Below, piece by piece: positions 47,352-57,789 of a DNA stretch of 64,000 nt. Location of the stretch: IMG/VR virus record IMGVR_UViG_3300045922_000293, positions 1 through 64,000 of that record, one strand, 5' to 3'. A program made the position numbers and the translations under genes. The notes beneath the pieces were generated by a model. The model ran no database searches and was not told where the DNA came from. It saw nothing but the letters and a program-made list of their open reading frames with translations. How positions within the stretch are numbered: the stretch's first letter is position 1; each line of letters starts with the position of its first letter. This stretch comes from a virus.

Positions 47352-50300
47352 ATGGATAAGAAAAAGAACCCCAATTTTGATAAAACCTTGTTGCTTCAAT
47401 TAAGGAGGGCGTTTGGGCCTAGATTCATGCCTTTCTTTGAAATGTACACCAATCTTTATATAATGGGCACGGGCGTAACGCCTGTGCCTGAGAATTTACT
47501 ACAAGAGATGCGTGGCACGTTTAGAAGGCTATCGCGCATGATCGAGAGTGAGATCGCGCGAGACGCAATTCTTGATAGTATTCAACAGATGGGACCTTCT
47601 CTCAAACGTCTTCAGCAGGGACAAGATTTCCCCATGATTTGGCGCACGGTATCACGTCAAATGGGGGCTATTATCTCTGAGGTGGCAAAAGATCGCGGTA
47701 TTTATGTCAAGCCCCGTCGCATCCACCCAGATGGTTGGGTACGTTATCAGCGCATGACAAAAGAGGAGACGTCGCTTGAAAAGCTCAAGGATAGTGATCC
47801 CGAAGCCTATGCGCGTGTTCTTGAGTTGCGTAAATTGCAAAAGGCGATTGCAGAGCAGATTAAGGCCAAGATTGAGGATTCGGGCCTTGTTCCCGTCCGC
47901 AAAAAATATTTAGGCAAGGTCGTTTGGGCCGCTGTGACACCTCAAGGTGAAGAGTTGGTGTACGATGATGACGGCGATGTCCTCCCCGTTGAAGCCTTTC
48001 TGGAGAAGCGTGAGGGTCACCTCAAGAGTATAAAGGCACTGAGCCGCACCGTGAAGGTAGACCTTGAGGATATGCGTTCTATGGATGATGCCGCCTTAGA
48101 GGCTTTAGAGGGTGAGGTCGTGTACACCGCGCTGACGGATGACAAGGCGAAGCAGAACGCGTTGACCCGTATTTATCCTGTCAAAGAGGTAGGATCGCGT
48201 AAGATGATCGTGGAAGGTCGTTTCAAGGGCATTTACCTAGATGAGATGATTAATGTTGTAGGCCGTCAGATTGAGGGTGTAGCCTATGATTTCGATCCCA
48301 AGACGGGTATCCCCCGCGCCCTGGAGTCGAGGGCTTCTGGTCAGCTTGAGATTAGTACGGTCAAGGAGCCTTATGTGACAGTGGGCGATGATGGTAGGCT
48401 CTTTTTGAAGCTCCCCAGCACGCATGAATTCTCTGCCCTCCGTAAGCGCATGACCGAATTGGCCCGTATCAATAGTGGTGTAGAGAAGGTTGCGGGCGTT
48501 CGCAGCTCTCAATTTTTCTTTGAGCCCAAAGATCTAGCCAGCGTGCGTGAGGCTTTGGGGTCTATGGCTTTGAGTACATCTGCGGCGGAGGCGGTGGACC
48601 GTTATTTCCGAACTATTGCACGTCATGAGCTCGCGACAACGGAGGAGAATCTTGCGCGATTTAGTGCAGAGCGTTTGGGTGGTTTTAAAAAGGGTCGTGA
48701 CCTGTATAGCGTTCAAAAGAAGGCTCTCGCTTGGGCTGCCGCCCGTCAGGGATCCGGCGTTTTAGCTTTAGGGACTGGGGTGGGGAAGACAAGCTGCGGG
48801 ATCGCTGCTTTTAAAAGTGCAATGAACGATCAGGAGGAGATGCAAGAGCCCTTTAGGGGCTTGTATGTGTGCCCTACAACGTTGACAGGCAACCTTCCAT
48901 CTGAAGCCTATCAGTTCATGGAGGACCCCAAAGAGTTTCTTGAAAATATTGATGTGTTGAGCTATACACAATTCACCAAGGCAGTCAAGAAAGACCCTAA
49001 CTTTATGCAACGCTATACGATCGTCATTTTTGACGAAGCACAGGAGTTGTCTGGGGGAAGTTCTGAGGCGGCGAAAGCCGCCAGCCGCCCTCACCCTCGT
49101 AAGCTGTTCATGACGGCCTCGCCGATGGAGCGCCGCCCCGCAGAGGTCTACACGTTGGCGGCTTTGGCAAATAATGAGGACGTCACGAGTAAGGAGTTTA
49201 GGCGTAATCGCAGGCTGTTCGAGGCGCGCTTTTGTGAGGAGATCGGCGGACGTTTTGTGTCCGTGAAAAATGATCCTGTGACGCAGAATGATATGCGCAC
49301 ATGGGTACGTCAAAACATCTTCCATACAGATAAGGCACAGGTTGAGGAGTATGTGCTCCCTGATGTTGTTAGAGGCAATACTTCGATTCACATGCACCCT
49401 GATGTGCAGATCGCGTATCGTGAGGTCACATCTAAGATCCGCCTTCATATGCAAGGCCTTGTGGAGAAGTTTAGGGATCAGAAAAGTACCGTGAGATCCC
49501 GTGATAAGATCGTAACTTCTGCCCGCACGAAGTTGGGTCCTGAGTTCAAGAAACTCATGCTTCTTGCGAATCTACCTGATAAAGTCATCCCTGGCGTTCC
49601 GAATCCAAAGATTCAACAGTCAATCCGAATCGTAGAAGAGCGGATTGAGAAGAGTGATCGTGTGATCTTTTTCACCGATCTTCCTGAAATGGCGGAGGAG
49701 AATGCCAAGCGTCTTAGTATGGAGTACCCGGGTACGCTCCATGCGTGCTGTCTCTCAAGCAAGATCTATCTCTATCGTAATGGTGAGATTGATCAGACGT
49801 TTAGGAAAAAAGCCTATAAGTCAAGCACCCGATCCTATGCGGCGGATGAATGGCAAATGTATGTGATGCATGAATACATCAAGCCTAACACGTTTGATGT
49901 GCTTACCGCTAGCCTTACGGCGTCTTATGCGAAGGGTCATAATTTACAGGAGTTCACCACGATCGTTCACCTTGATCGGGATTCTTGGAATGCTGAAATG
50001 ATGCAACAGCGTGAGGCTCGTAGCTGGCGTCAGGGCCAAAAAACATCAGTGGACTGCATCACCCTTGATGTGGTATATAGTGAGACGGCGGATGATTATG
50101 ATCGCACACTGGATGAGATCATGCGATTCAGTCAGGAGATGGAGGAGCAGTTGTTTAATGATATTATCGTCGCAAGTCAGACCCAAGCGCTTGGTGAAGA
50201 GTATTTCACGATGGAGCAGGAGACGACTACGAAGTATCAGGCGCAGCGCAAGATCATGGAGATGTCACTTTCCCCGTATGCGACGAATCATGCTAGGGCC

Positions 50301-50375
50301 GTGGAGGATTCTAACAACGGGGCCATGGTAGAGGAGGAGGATTTCACGGATCTTAACTTTCCTTTATTTGCCTAA
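47352..50375 (+). CDS. SNF2-family helicase with a long N-terminal extension
   Basis: LGTGVGKT, VCP, FDEAQ, TASP, KGHNLQ and QREARSWRQGQ. Confidence 0.85.
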   Translation: MDKKKNPNFDKTLLLQLRRAFGPRFMPFFEMYTNLYIMGTGVTPVPENLLQEMRGTFRRLSRMIESEIARDAILDSIQQMGPSLKRLQQGQDFPMIWRTVSRQMGAIISEVAKDRGIYVKPRRIHPDGWVRYQRMTKEETSLEKLKDSDPEAYARVLELRKLQKAIAEQIKAKIEDSGLVPVRKKYLGKVVWAAVTPQGEELVYDDDGDVLPVEAFLEKREGHLKSIKALSRTVKVDLEDMRSMDDAALEALEGEVVYTALTDDKAKQNALTRIYPVKEVGSRKMIVEGRFKGIYLDEMINVVGRQIEGVAYDFDPKTGIPRALESRASGQLEISTVKEPYVTVGDDGRLFLKLPSTHEFSALRKRMTELARINSGVEKVAGVRSSQFFFEPKDLASVREALGSMALSTSAAEAVDRYFRTIARHELATTEENLARFSAERLGGFKKGRDLYSVQKKALAWAAARQGSGVLALGTGVGKTSCGIAAFKSAMNDQEEMQEPFRGLYVCPTTLTGNLPSEAYQFMEDPKEFLENIDVLSYTQFTKAVKKDPNFMQRYTIVIFDEAQELSGGSSEAAKAASRPHPRKLFMTASPMERRPAEVYTLAALANNEDVTSKEFRRNRRLFEARFCEEIGGRFVSVKNDPVTQNDMRTWVRQNIFHTDKAQVEEYVLPDVVRGNTSIHMHPDVQIAYREVTSKIRLHMQGLVEKFRDQKSTVRSRDKIVTSARTKLGPEFKKLMLLANLPDKVIPGVPNPKIQQSIRIVEERIEKSDRVIFFTDLPEMAEENAKRLSMEYPGTLHACCLSSKIYLYRNGEIDQTFRKKAYKSSTRSYAADEWQMYVMHEYIKPNTFDVLTASLTASYAKGHNLQEFTTIVHLDRDSWNAEMMQQREARSWRQGQKTSVDCITLDVVYSETADDYDRTLDEIMRFSQEMEEQLFNDIIVASQTQALGEEYFTMEQETTTKYQAQRKIMEMSLSPYATNHARAVEDSNNGAMVEEEDFTDLNFPLFA

Positions 50376-50390
50376 CGCAAAGATGGTGGG

Positions 50391-50726
50391 GTGAGCCCCA
50401 TCTCACCCTTTGAACGGAGTATGAAGACGATGCGTCGTAGAGCACAACAAACGGTTTTGAATACGCCAGAAGACTGGCAAGTTTATATTAGTGGCTTGTC
50501 AGATGAGGATCTACAGGCTAAGGCACGCGGGGCGAATAGTCTTGAATTCGTCAAACAGCTTAAATCGGAGGCGATGACCCCCGATGTGATTACAGATATT
50601 CTCACGAGATTCGCGCTAGAGCTGCAATCTCGTGGTTTGCTTGTCCCTGAGCGAGGGGATGGGAGCTACTTATCTTATGCCGCCCTCCTTCGGGATACCA
50701 CGCCTGATGAGGATGTGGAGTTATAA
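50391..50726 (+). CDS. hypothetical protein
   Basis: 111-aa ORF in the operon. Confidence 0.65.
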   Translation: MSPISPFERSMKTMRRRAQQTVLNTPEDWQVYISGLSDEDLQAKARGANSLEFVKQLKSEAMTPDVITDILTRFALELQSRGLLVPERGDGSYLSYAALLRDTTPDEDVEL

Positions 50727-50747
50727 TGGTCTAAAGTAGAGGCTTGC

Positions 50748-51356
50748 ATGAAAGCGTTAGTACAGCTCTATCATAGTGTGGCTTCGGATCCTCTGCATCG
50801 GAATGTGATTGAGACGTTGCATGACCTTTCTCTAGAGAAAGGCTGGCAAAATAAGCCCGTCCGTATGGTGGACCGTATCAATTTAGCTCAATCACAGATG
50901 CTTCAAGATATTGTAGAGGAGTTAGAGGAAGATTATGGGGTAGATGTAGATTCCTTGGGTCTTACCTCTATCTCTGTTCGTAGCTTGAAATCGATGGATG
51001 GTATTTCAGAAAAGATGCTCCGCGAGATCGCCAAGTTTGGGGATATGCATCTTATCCTCCGTGATGATCTTGTGCAAGCGATCTCTCAATTTTGTGAGGG
51101 TCAGGGTCTAGGTAAAGCAAAAGAGACGTCATACTCTTATTCTTCTGGATTATTGACTTTGAATGTTTTGAAGGTCCCTAAGAAGGTGGATGCAGAGTTT
51201 CAAAATCTTTTCATTCGTGCGTTGACGGAGTATTTAATCAAACATGTGCCTAGCGCAGCAAACATGTTGAAGTCTGGCACGTTGATCAAGGCTGCCATTG
51301 AGGACCAGGGGACGTTGAAGATCTCTTGGAGCCCTAAGAGCGTGGAGTTGGTGTAA
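50748..51356 (+). CDS. hypothetical protein
   Basis: 202-aa ORF with GAGG upstream. Confidence 0.7.
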   Translation: MKALVQLYHSVASDPLHRNVIETLHDLSLEKGWQNKPVRMVDRINLAQSQMLQDIVEELEEDYGVDVDSLGLTSISVRSLKSMDGISEKMLREIAKFGDMHLILRDDLVQAISQFCEGQGLGKAKETSYSYSSGLLTLNVLKVPKKVDAEFQNLFIRALTEYLIKHVPSAANMLKSGTLIKAAIEDQGTLKISWSPKSVELV

Positions 51357-51358
51357 GG

Positions 51359-52723
51359 ATGTCTGGGTATCCTCCCTATAACAAGCGATACCCCCCTTTT
51401 GACGGGTATAAGGATCGCAAGACATCCCCGTTAGAATGGGAGGATACGCAGTACCCGTTGGCCCCGCTCAACGTGAACGTGCAATGGTCGTTTAACTCCA
51501 CGCTCCCCGCGATGGATCTCTACTGGGACCCGCCGCAGTGGCTGATCTTCAATGGTGTGTTCCGCATCATGGGCGTGAATATCTACCGTGCTCTCGATTC
51601 GGAATATGGGCCTTACTTCAGATTAAATACGGCCCCGTTAGGTTCTACTTTTTACAGGGATGAGACGATCAATCAGGACGTGGTAAATGAAGACGTAAGT
51701 TCTCAGTTTTTGGTCCGCCGTCCGGATCGATGTGTGTTCAAGGTTCAAAATTATCCCATTGTGAAAGCACACACCAACAATTTGTTAGCGGATCATCCCC
51801 TCGATGTCGCCGTGACCATAGATGGTGTCCCTGTACAGGTGGCTCGTGTCTGGGGTGAGACGGGTGAGGTGGAGTTGAGGACGGACATTCTCTATGACAG
51901 CTCTTCCAATGAGCGTACTTATCCGATCTTGCCGCGTGAAGATTCAGTTGTAACATGCTCCTATGCCTATAATGTCAACTTTATAACAAATACACTGAAC
52001 CAGCGTATCTTTTACCGAATGACAACGGTCGGTGTTGACGAGTTTACGGGGGAGATGCGGGAGACGCCCTTACATTTAAGTGAAGCCAAATACCATCATC
52101 AAATGGAAAATGTGGATTATATTTGGAAGGAGGCGATTCATCGCAATAAATGGATTTTGTATCAGGGTGGCGAGCGTGTTAAGGTGTTCATCCGTAAATA
52201 TGTTGGGCCTAAATGCTCTTGTTATGATCAGACAATAGGCCAGCCGCGTAATAATTGTCCCGTCTGCTTTGGTACGGGCGTTCGGGGTGGTTATGAAGGT
52301 CCCTTTGAGATCTTGATCGCGCCCCCCGAGGCGGAGAAGACGATCCGGCAGACGGAGATCGGATTGCGCCAGGAGCAACAGTATGAATCATGGACGGGTC
52401 CGTCCCCTTTATTGAATCAGCGTGATTTTTTGGTCAAGTTGAATGGGGACCGCTACTCCATCGGCGCGACACGTCTTCCCACCAATCGCGGAAATGTCTT
52501 GCAGCAACATTTTCAAGTGGGCCTGATTGATAGCCGCGACATCAGACAACAAGTGCCTGTGACGGGAACCTTACCCTTGGCCTATCCTCAAACGCGCACA
52601 AGGGATCATGATGAGGATGAATTGAGCGCCGTCACCTACCCCCAGATGACAGATAAGTGTAATATTGAGGCTGAGCGTGAGCAGCGCGGTAGAACGCCGA
52701 CATTTGAAAATATAGTCTATTAG
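51359..52723 (+). CDS. probable neck/head-closure protein with an FN3-like N-domain and a zinc motif
   Basis: APLNV...LYWDPP...GVNIYRA...YRMTTV is FN3-like; C-terminal CSC...CPVCFGTG and DFLVKLNGDRYSI. Confidence 0.6.
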   Translation: MSGYPPYNKRYPPFDGYKDRKTSPLEWEDTQYPLAPLNVNVQWSFNSTLPAMDLYWDPPQWLIFNGVFRIMGVNIYRALDSEYGPYFRLNTAPLGSTFYRDETINQDVVNEDVSSQFLVRRPDRCVFKVQNYPIVKAHTNNLLADHPLDVAVTIDGVPVQVARVWGETGEVELRTDILYDSSSNERTYPILPREDSVVTCSYAYNVNFITNTLNQRIFYRMTTVGVDEFTGEMRETPLHLSEAKYHHQMENVDYIWKEAIHRNKWILYQGGERVKVFIRKYVGPKCSCYDQTIGQPRNNCPVCFGTGVRGGYEGPFEILIAPPEAEKTIRQTEIGLRQEQQYESWTGPSPLLNQRDFLVKLNGDRYSIGATRLPTNRGNVLQQHFQVGLIDSRDIRQQVPVTGTLPLAYPQTRTRDHDEDELSAVTYPQMTDKCNIEAEREQRGRTPTFENIVY

Positions 52724-52732
52724 GAGACCCAC

Positions 52733-53299
52733 TTGATTATTACCCCAACATCTCATGCTCATCACGATTTGATCTCGATCTGTTTAAAACATTATCAAGG
52801 CATATGTTTTGCTCATGAGGGTATTCATCAAGACCGTGATGGTTTTCTAGAGGTGCATGTGCCTAGTTTTATCTTGACACATGACTTTTACAAGCAATTC
52901 TTTTCTCAGGTCTATAAAATAGCTTATAGGCATCGGAAAAGTCTTCTTAAAATTGCGGCGGTTGCGCATCCTGTAGATTCTGTGTCTATCGTACAGCCGT
53001 CTATAGATTTTGTGGACATGTTGAAAGTCACCGTAGATACCATGTATCAGGAATTTACTTTGAAATATGATGCGACGTGCCCCCATATAGTGACCGCGGT
53101 GTCGTCCCCTTCATCTTCCCATAAATTTTACCAAGCAATTCAAGCCCCCCAAATTCAGCATGTATTTAGAAAAGCCAAGGCAAAACGGCTTCTTTTCCAC
53201 CTTATAAAGGGGGATGAGACTCTCCCTCAAAAGACATCATGGTCTACACAACCCATTGTATCATTTTTGAGGATTGAAGATCTTTATGAGGAAATATAA
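52733..53299 (+). CDS. hypothetical protein
   Basis: AGGAG before a TTG start. Confidence 0.6.
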   Translation: MIITPTSHAHHDLISICLKHYQGICFAHEGIHQDRDGFLEVHVPSFILTHDFYKQFFSQVYKIAYRHRKSLLKIAAVAHPVDSVSIVQPSIDFVDMLKVTVDTMYQEFTLKYDATCPHIVTAVSSPSSSHKFYQAIQAPQIQHVFRKAKAKRLLFHLIKGDETLPQKTSWSTQPIVSFLRIEDLYEEI

Positions 53300-53777
53300 C
53301 AAAAATCAAAACAGAAAGAGGGGTTTAAGTAACCTTGAGAGTAAGATTCAAGTCAGTAAAAATAAGGCTTTTGAGACTCGTTTGAGAAAGCAATTGCTTC
53401 AAGTGTTTAGGTTAGCAATTTTCCAAAGTAGATTTAAGCGCACTCCTAGGCGTTTTCTCAGGGCTGCGAACATAGAATTCAAAGACAATACAATCTGTGC
53501 GTATATAGATGCTGAGGGCGTCACGGCGCAAGATCAAGGAGTGCGTCGCCACTACATGACCTATCTTCGTGGAGCGGGCCCGGTGATGATCAAGCAGGGG
53601 GTGTTTAGGAAAGCTCCGGCTAAAAACAGCCTCATAGCGGACCAATGGCTTCATAAAGGCTACAAGGGTAAAAAATTCATGCAACGCGCGCGCGCGCGGA
53701 TGTTAGAGGTCCTCAAGAAAGAGCTTGCACAACACACCAAAAAAATGCTATTTGGCCGTCTAAGGGGCCAGAAATAG
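53286..53777 (+). CDS. basic protein resembling HK97 gp10-type tail-completion proteins
   Basis: Very basic; QDQGVRRHYM...WLHKGYKGKKFMQRA resembles the ExG...HPG...F pattern. Confidence 0.5.
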   Translation: MRKYNKNQNRKRGLSNLESKIQVSKNKAFETRLRKQLLQVFRLAIFQSRFKRTPRRFLRAANIEFKDNTICAYIDAEGVTAQDQGVRRHYMTYLRGAGPVMIKQGVFRKAPAKNSLIADQWLHKGYKGKKFMQRARARMLEVLKKELAQHTKKMLFGRLRGQK

Positions 53778-53792
53778 CAATGAAGATCACCT

Positions 53793-54467
53793 ATGAAATT
53801 CAGGTTTTTTTTAATTCTGTTCTTAGTGGAGGGATGGATACAGCATAGGATCAACAGGATGCAAGGATCTTTTAATGTTACGGTCTTGTGGCGGATTAAA
53901 AACAAAACGACTGCCACGTTGCACATGAAAGATTTAGGGGTGACATTAGAATCTGGGGGGGAATGTGAGATCGTTCAAGATCGCGCTTCATGGTCCCGTG
54001 ATCTTCAAGACGCGTTGAGGACGGGTCGTGCAGAGCGCGTAGGGATCAGTCATCTTGAAGACCCCTCTTCTATGCCGATTCCAACCCCCGCTCTAAAGCG
54101 CTCACCCCCTAAATCTTTGCAAAGTCCCCGTGAGATCTCCTTACCCCCCACCGTGGATCCGACAACGGAGATGGTTGCGGCGCTGAAGGTCAATAATGAC
54201 CTTTTGACGAAGGTGGTAGACTTGTTATCCCGACCCCAAGCGGTGCCTACTCGTTTTGTGCCAGATAGTGCCCCAACGTATGCTCAAGATCGCATTCCTT
54301 GCCCTCGTGAGGAGGATCATGCGGTGTTTATCCCTAACTTTAAGATCGATGAGTCGAAGATCAGCGTTGAGGGGGATATCGCTCGGGAAGAGAGCGCGAA
54401 CGCGGAAGCATCCAAAGATGCCTCGGCGGCCTTGAAGCGGCTCAAGGCCAAAAATAAAAAGGCATAA
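53793..54467 (+). CDS. hypothetical protein (true start probably downstream, about 53859-53925)
   Basis: ORF track; a candidate promoter motif ATCTTTTAAT at 53867-53876 lies inside the annotated 5' end. Confidence 0.6.
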   Translation: MKFRFFLILFLVEGWIQHRINRMQGSFNVTVLWRIKNKTTATLHMKDLGVTLESGGECEIVQDRASWSRDLQDALRTGRAERVGISHLEDPSSMPIPTPALKRSPPKSLQSPREISLPPTVDPTTEMVAALKVNNDLLTKVVDLLSRPQAVPTRFVPDSAPTYAQDRIPCPREEDHAVFIPNFKIDESKISVEGDIAREESANAEASKDASAALKRLKAKNKKA

Positions 54468-54698
54468 GACTCTTTAGGGTATCCCCCGCCTACGCTGAAA
54501 GCGTAGGAAAATAGGTTGTGTTGTGATGATGCTTGTTATAGAGTGTTGTCGTGAGGTTCGCGGGATAGCGATAGCGCAACCTCATACCAAGTCTCCTCCG
54601 CTGAGATGCGAAAGAGCGGATATAAACGTGAGGAAAAGGTGCAAACCCCACATGATTGTGATATTTCTCCTGCCTCACCACGGTGGGGGGATTATGGA

Positions 54699-55781
54699 AT
54701 GGCGGTCAAGCGTAAGCGTGGCCGGCCTAGAAAACACCCACAACAAGAGGAAGGAAGTAGCATGAATAGTGATAGCATTGAGCTGGTCGAAAATGGCGTG
54801 GGTTTGGATATTGGCACAATGAATATTGTGTCTGCCCGCCAACAGGAGGATCGCGTTCTGTTCCGTAAACAGCGCGACGCATTCTTTGATTTGGATATCA
54901 CCGCAAAGCCTATGCTGAGGTTGAATAGGGTTCCGTTCATTCAGCAAGATGATCGCTTGATCATCCTTGGGGATTCGGCACTTGCCTTTGCCAATGTGTT
55001 CAATAGGGAATTGCGTCGCCCCTTATCACAGGGGCTCATCTCGAATACAGATCGTGAGGGGGCGGAGATTCTTCAAATTCTGATCCAAAACACGATCGGG
55101 AAGCCTCAGGGGGATCAAGAAACGTGTTGCTTTAGCGTCCCCGGCAATCCTGTGGATCTGCCGGGCCGTGATAATGTGTATCATCGCGGGGTGTTCTCCA
55201 ACATCCTCAAGGGTCTTGGGTATAAACCTATTGCGTCGAATGAGGCCCTTGCGGTCATCTTCAGCGAGACCGCGCCTGAGATGTTCAGTGGCGTCGCGCT
55301 ATCCTTCGGCGCTGGCATGGTCAACATCTCCTGCGCCTATCAGACTCAGGCGGTGCAAGCTCTTCAGTTTGCGGTTGCGCGGTCGGGTGATTATATTGAT
55401 CAACAATCGGCACAATCCCTAGGCTTAACGGCGGCGAAAATGTGCAAGATCAAAGAGGATGGCATTGATCTTCGTAGCCCTTCTACGCAAGAGGAGAGCG
55501 CGCTTGCGTTCTATTATCAAGAGGTGATTCGCTATGCCTTGGGTCACATCGTAGATCGCTATAAAATGACGGCGGGTCAGAGCATCAGCTTCCCCGAAGC
55601 TGTTCCGATGATTCTAAGTGGCGGCACGACACTCGTGAAGGGATTTCACGAGTTGTTCAGTGCAGAGTTTGAGCGCTGCCGCAAGAAGTTTCCGATCCCA
55701 ATCAGTGAGATTCGCATGGCGACAGACCCCCTCAATGCCGTCGCTAGTGGACTCTTGATTCAAGCGCAGCAGGAAGACTGA
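54699..55781 (+). CDS. actin-like ATPase (MreB/ParM/FtsA superfamily)
   Basis: Phosphate-1 GLDIGTMNI, connect-1 SNEALA, phosphate-2 SFGAGMVN, adenosine LSGGTT and connect-2 DPLNAVASG. In-frame ATGs at 54699 and 54762. Confidence 0.85.
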   Translation: MAVKRKRGRPRKHPQQEEGSSMNSDSIELVENGVGLDIGTMNIVSARQQEDRVLFRKQRDAFFDLDITAKPMLRLNRVPFIQQDDRLIILGDSALAFANVFNRELRRPLSQGLISNTDREGAEILQILIQNTIGKPQGDQETCCFSVPGNPVDLPGRDNVYHRGVFSNILKGLGYKPIASNEALAVIFSETAPEMFSGVALSFGAGMVNISCAYQTQAVQALQFAVARSGDYIDQQSAQSLGLTAAKMCKIKEDGIDLRSPSTQEESALAFYYQEVIRYALGHIVDRYKMTAGQSISFPEAVPMILSGGTTLVKGFHELFSAEFERCRKKFPIPISEIRMATDPLNAVASGLLIQAQQED

Positions 55782-55984
55782 TTAGATACTCAGGGGCAGG
55801 ACCCTCCTTTCAATGGGGGATTCTAAAAAGAGGTCTGAAAATGCGTGAGAAGGATGGGGTTGACTCTCCTCTTAGAACGTCCTAAATGAGACTAAAATTG
55901 ACCGTTAAAGCCCTCGTATGCTTCTCAAAGCTAAGAGGGTTTTAATGAGATCGTCCATGGTAAACATAGGTTCCATCTCGCGCC

Positions 55985-57787
55985 ATGAATTATCAATATC
56001 TCACGACATCCATCAAGCGGAGGATGCTTGAAGACCTGAAGCGGCACTTCAGCTACATCCCTCAGCACAAAGATATTGTTGAGCACATCCGCTACAAGTA
56101 CGACTTCAAGGAGAGGCCCCAGAAAGGCATCTTCTTGATGAACGTATCTGCCACCCCCATGAAGCTGTCTACAGATAACTACATGGCGGGATTGCATTCT
56201 TATGTGATGCTCGGAAAACTTGATCTTGGTACATCACGGCCAAGCGGAATGTTCGTGGATTGGGTCAAGGAAGATACGGAATTAATTGAACGTAACAAAG
56301 GCATCCCGCCTGCTTTTGCAGGGCAGTACAATCTTGAAATTCAATCCCGCATCGATCCATCTACGAAAGAAACGGAATGGGATCTGTATGTGGACCCCAT
56401 TTACAAGGTGCTTCAGGAGCCTTTGCTCACATTCGTTACGGGCAATGAAACTTCTGCAAATCTTCAAAACATCCCTGTCTACCCGAATAGCCCGCGCCTG
56501 TATCTCAATGGGCGTACACAACTCCTAAGCGGACCTGTGTTCAGTCTTCAAGCCAATCAAAGTCTCATCATTCATGATCCCCTCTTTGGTTTACCTCAAG
56601 GTCAGATCCGTGTGAGGGCGTTGTCCCCACAGATGGCCCCGTACACTATTGTGGCGGGCGTGAATGATGTGTTGGCTTTTGAAGTGAACGGCACCCCCGT
56701 CACGGTGCTTCTTCCCCCAGGCGTGTATACAGCACAGCAGATGAAACAGGAGATTGACGCTGCCGCTCATGCGGAGAGTCTGTTTGCACCCGAGTATATC
56801 ACGAATGTGGTGGGGGATCAGCTTGAGATCACGGGAATCACGTCTGTATTTTTTGAGGATCATATCTTTTCCCCCGCCTCCCCCACTCTCGGCTTCCCCT
56901 CCGCTAGCTTTATTCCCCCTATTGCGCAGGGGGTGCTTTTCAGGCCCCGTGTATTGGACCATCAAAATGTCATGACCTTGATTCTGGACGGTATTGAGTA
57001 TGCCATCATCTTTGAGCCCGGCATGTATAAAGATGCTGTGGAGATTCGGGATAGGATTCAAGATCAATTGCCCGTTGGGGTAACCTTAGTGTTACAAGAT
57101 GGGGGGGAGTACACAGTGGATAACGTGACGGGTGCGGTGACGTTCCATGTGGCGTTTAGCCCCGGTGATCACGTGATTGCGGATTATTCTTATCACGGGC
57201 CCTCCCGCGGGCCTATAGCCGTAAAGAAGAATCAAGAGGTGCGCCATGCCGTGGAAGGCGCGATGATAGCCCTTGGCGAGTCCTTTGAAGATAAAGATAA
57301 GTGTTTCATCTTGATTTTACCCCATCGTGTTCATACCGCGGATTTGTATGGGGGTAAGACTGAGATAAGTTTGGATTTTGATATTATCGCCCGTGATCCG
57401 ATGGATCGTGAGAGCCTTGTTGACATTCTTACGATGTATTTTCATCATTATGAAAATGAGCGGTTTGCTGAGGAGGGCTTAGGTATTACAAGTGTGAGCG
57501 GGGGTGGTGAGAGTGAAGAGGTCTATGATGATGTGGGGGACGATTATTTCTACAAAAGTAGTGTGAGTGTGTCTCTCCAAAGTGATTGGGAGGTAGCAGT
57601 GCCGCGCCCCCTCACCATTGAAAAGATTTTGCCCGTGACGTATGAGCAGGAGGCTTTATTAGCTGCGCGGGAGCGTGACATTCTCCCTCATGATCAGGTT
57701 TTGCGCCCCGTAGTGTCCGTGACTCAAGAAGAGATAAAAGAGAAGGCACGGCGTGGTTTGACACCCTTTAAAGAGAGAATCCACTGA
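55985..57787 (+). CDS. probable tail-completion/terminator protein with inserted beta domains
   Basis: N-terminal KYDFKERPQKGIFL and C-terminal ISLDFDIIARDPMDRESLVDIL fit a tail-terminator core; inserts are shared with the sheath; lies shortly before the sheath gene. Confidence 0.55.
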   Translation: MNYQYLTTSIKRRMLEDLKRHFSYIPQHKDIVEHIRYKYDFKERPQKGIFLMNVSATPMKLSTDNYMAGLHSYVMLGKLDLGTSRPSGMFVDWVKEDTELIERNKGIPPAFAGQYNLEIQSRIDPSTKETEWDLYVDPIYKVLQEPLLTFVTGNETSANLQNIPVYPNSPRLYLNGRTQLLSGPVFSLQANQSLIIHDPLFGLPQGQIRVRALSPQMAPYTIVAGVNDVLAFEVNGTPVTVLLPPGVYTAQQMKQEIDAAAHAESLFAPEYITNVVGDQLEITGITSVFFEDHIFSPASPTLGFPSASFIPPIAQGVLFRPRVLDHQNVMTLILDGIEYAIIFEPGMYKDAVEIRDRIQDQLPVGVTLVLQDGGEYTVDNVTGAVTFHVAFSPGDHVIADYSYHGPSRGPIAVKKNQEVRHAVEGAMIALGESFEDKDKCFILILPHRVHTADLYGGKTEISLDFDIIARDPMDRESLVDILTMYFHHYENERFAEEGLGITSVSGGGESEEVYDDVGDDYFYKSSVSVSLQSDWEVAVPRPLTIEKILPVTYEQEALLAARERDILPHDQVLRPVVSVTQEEIKEKARRGLTPFKERIH

Positions 57788-57789
57788 TT

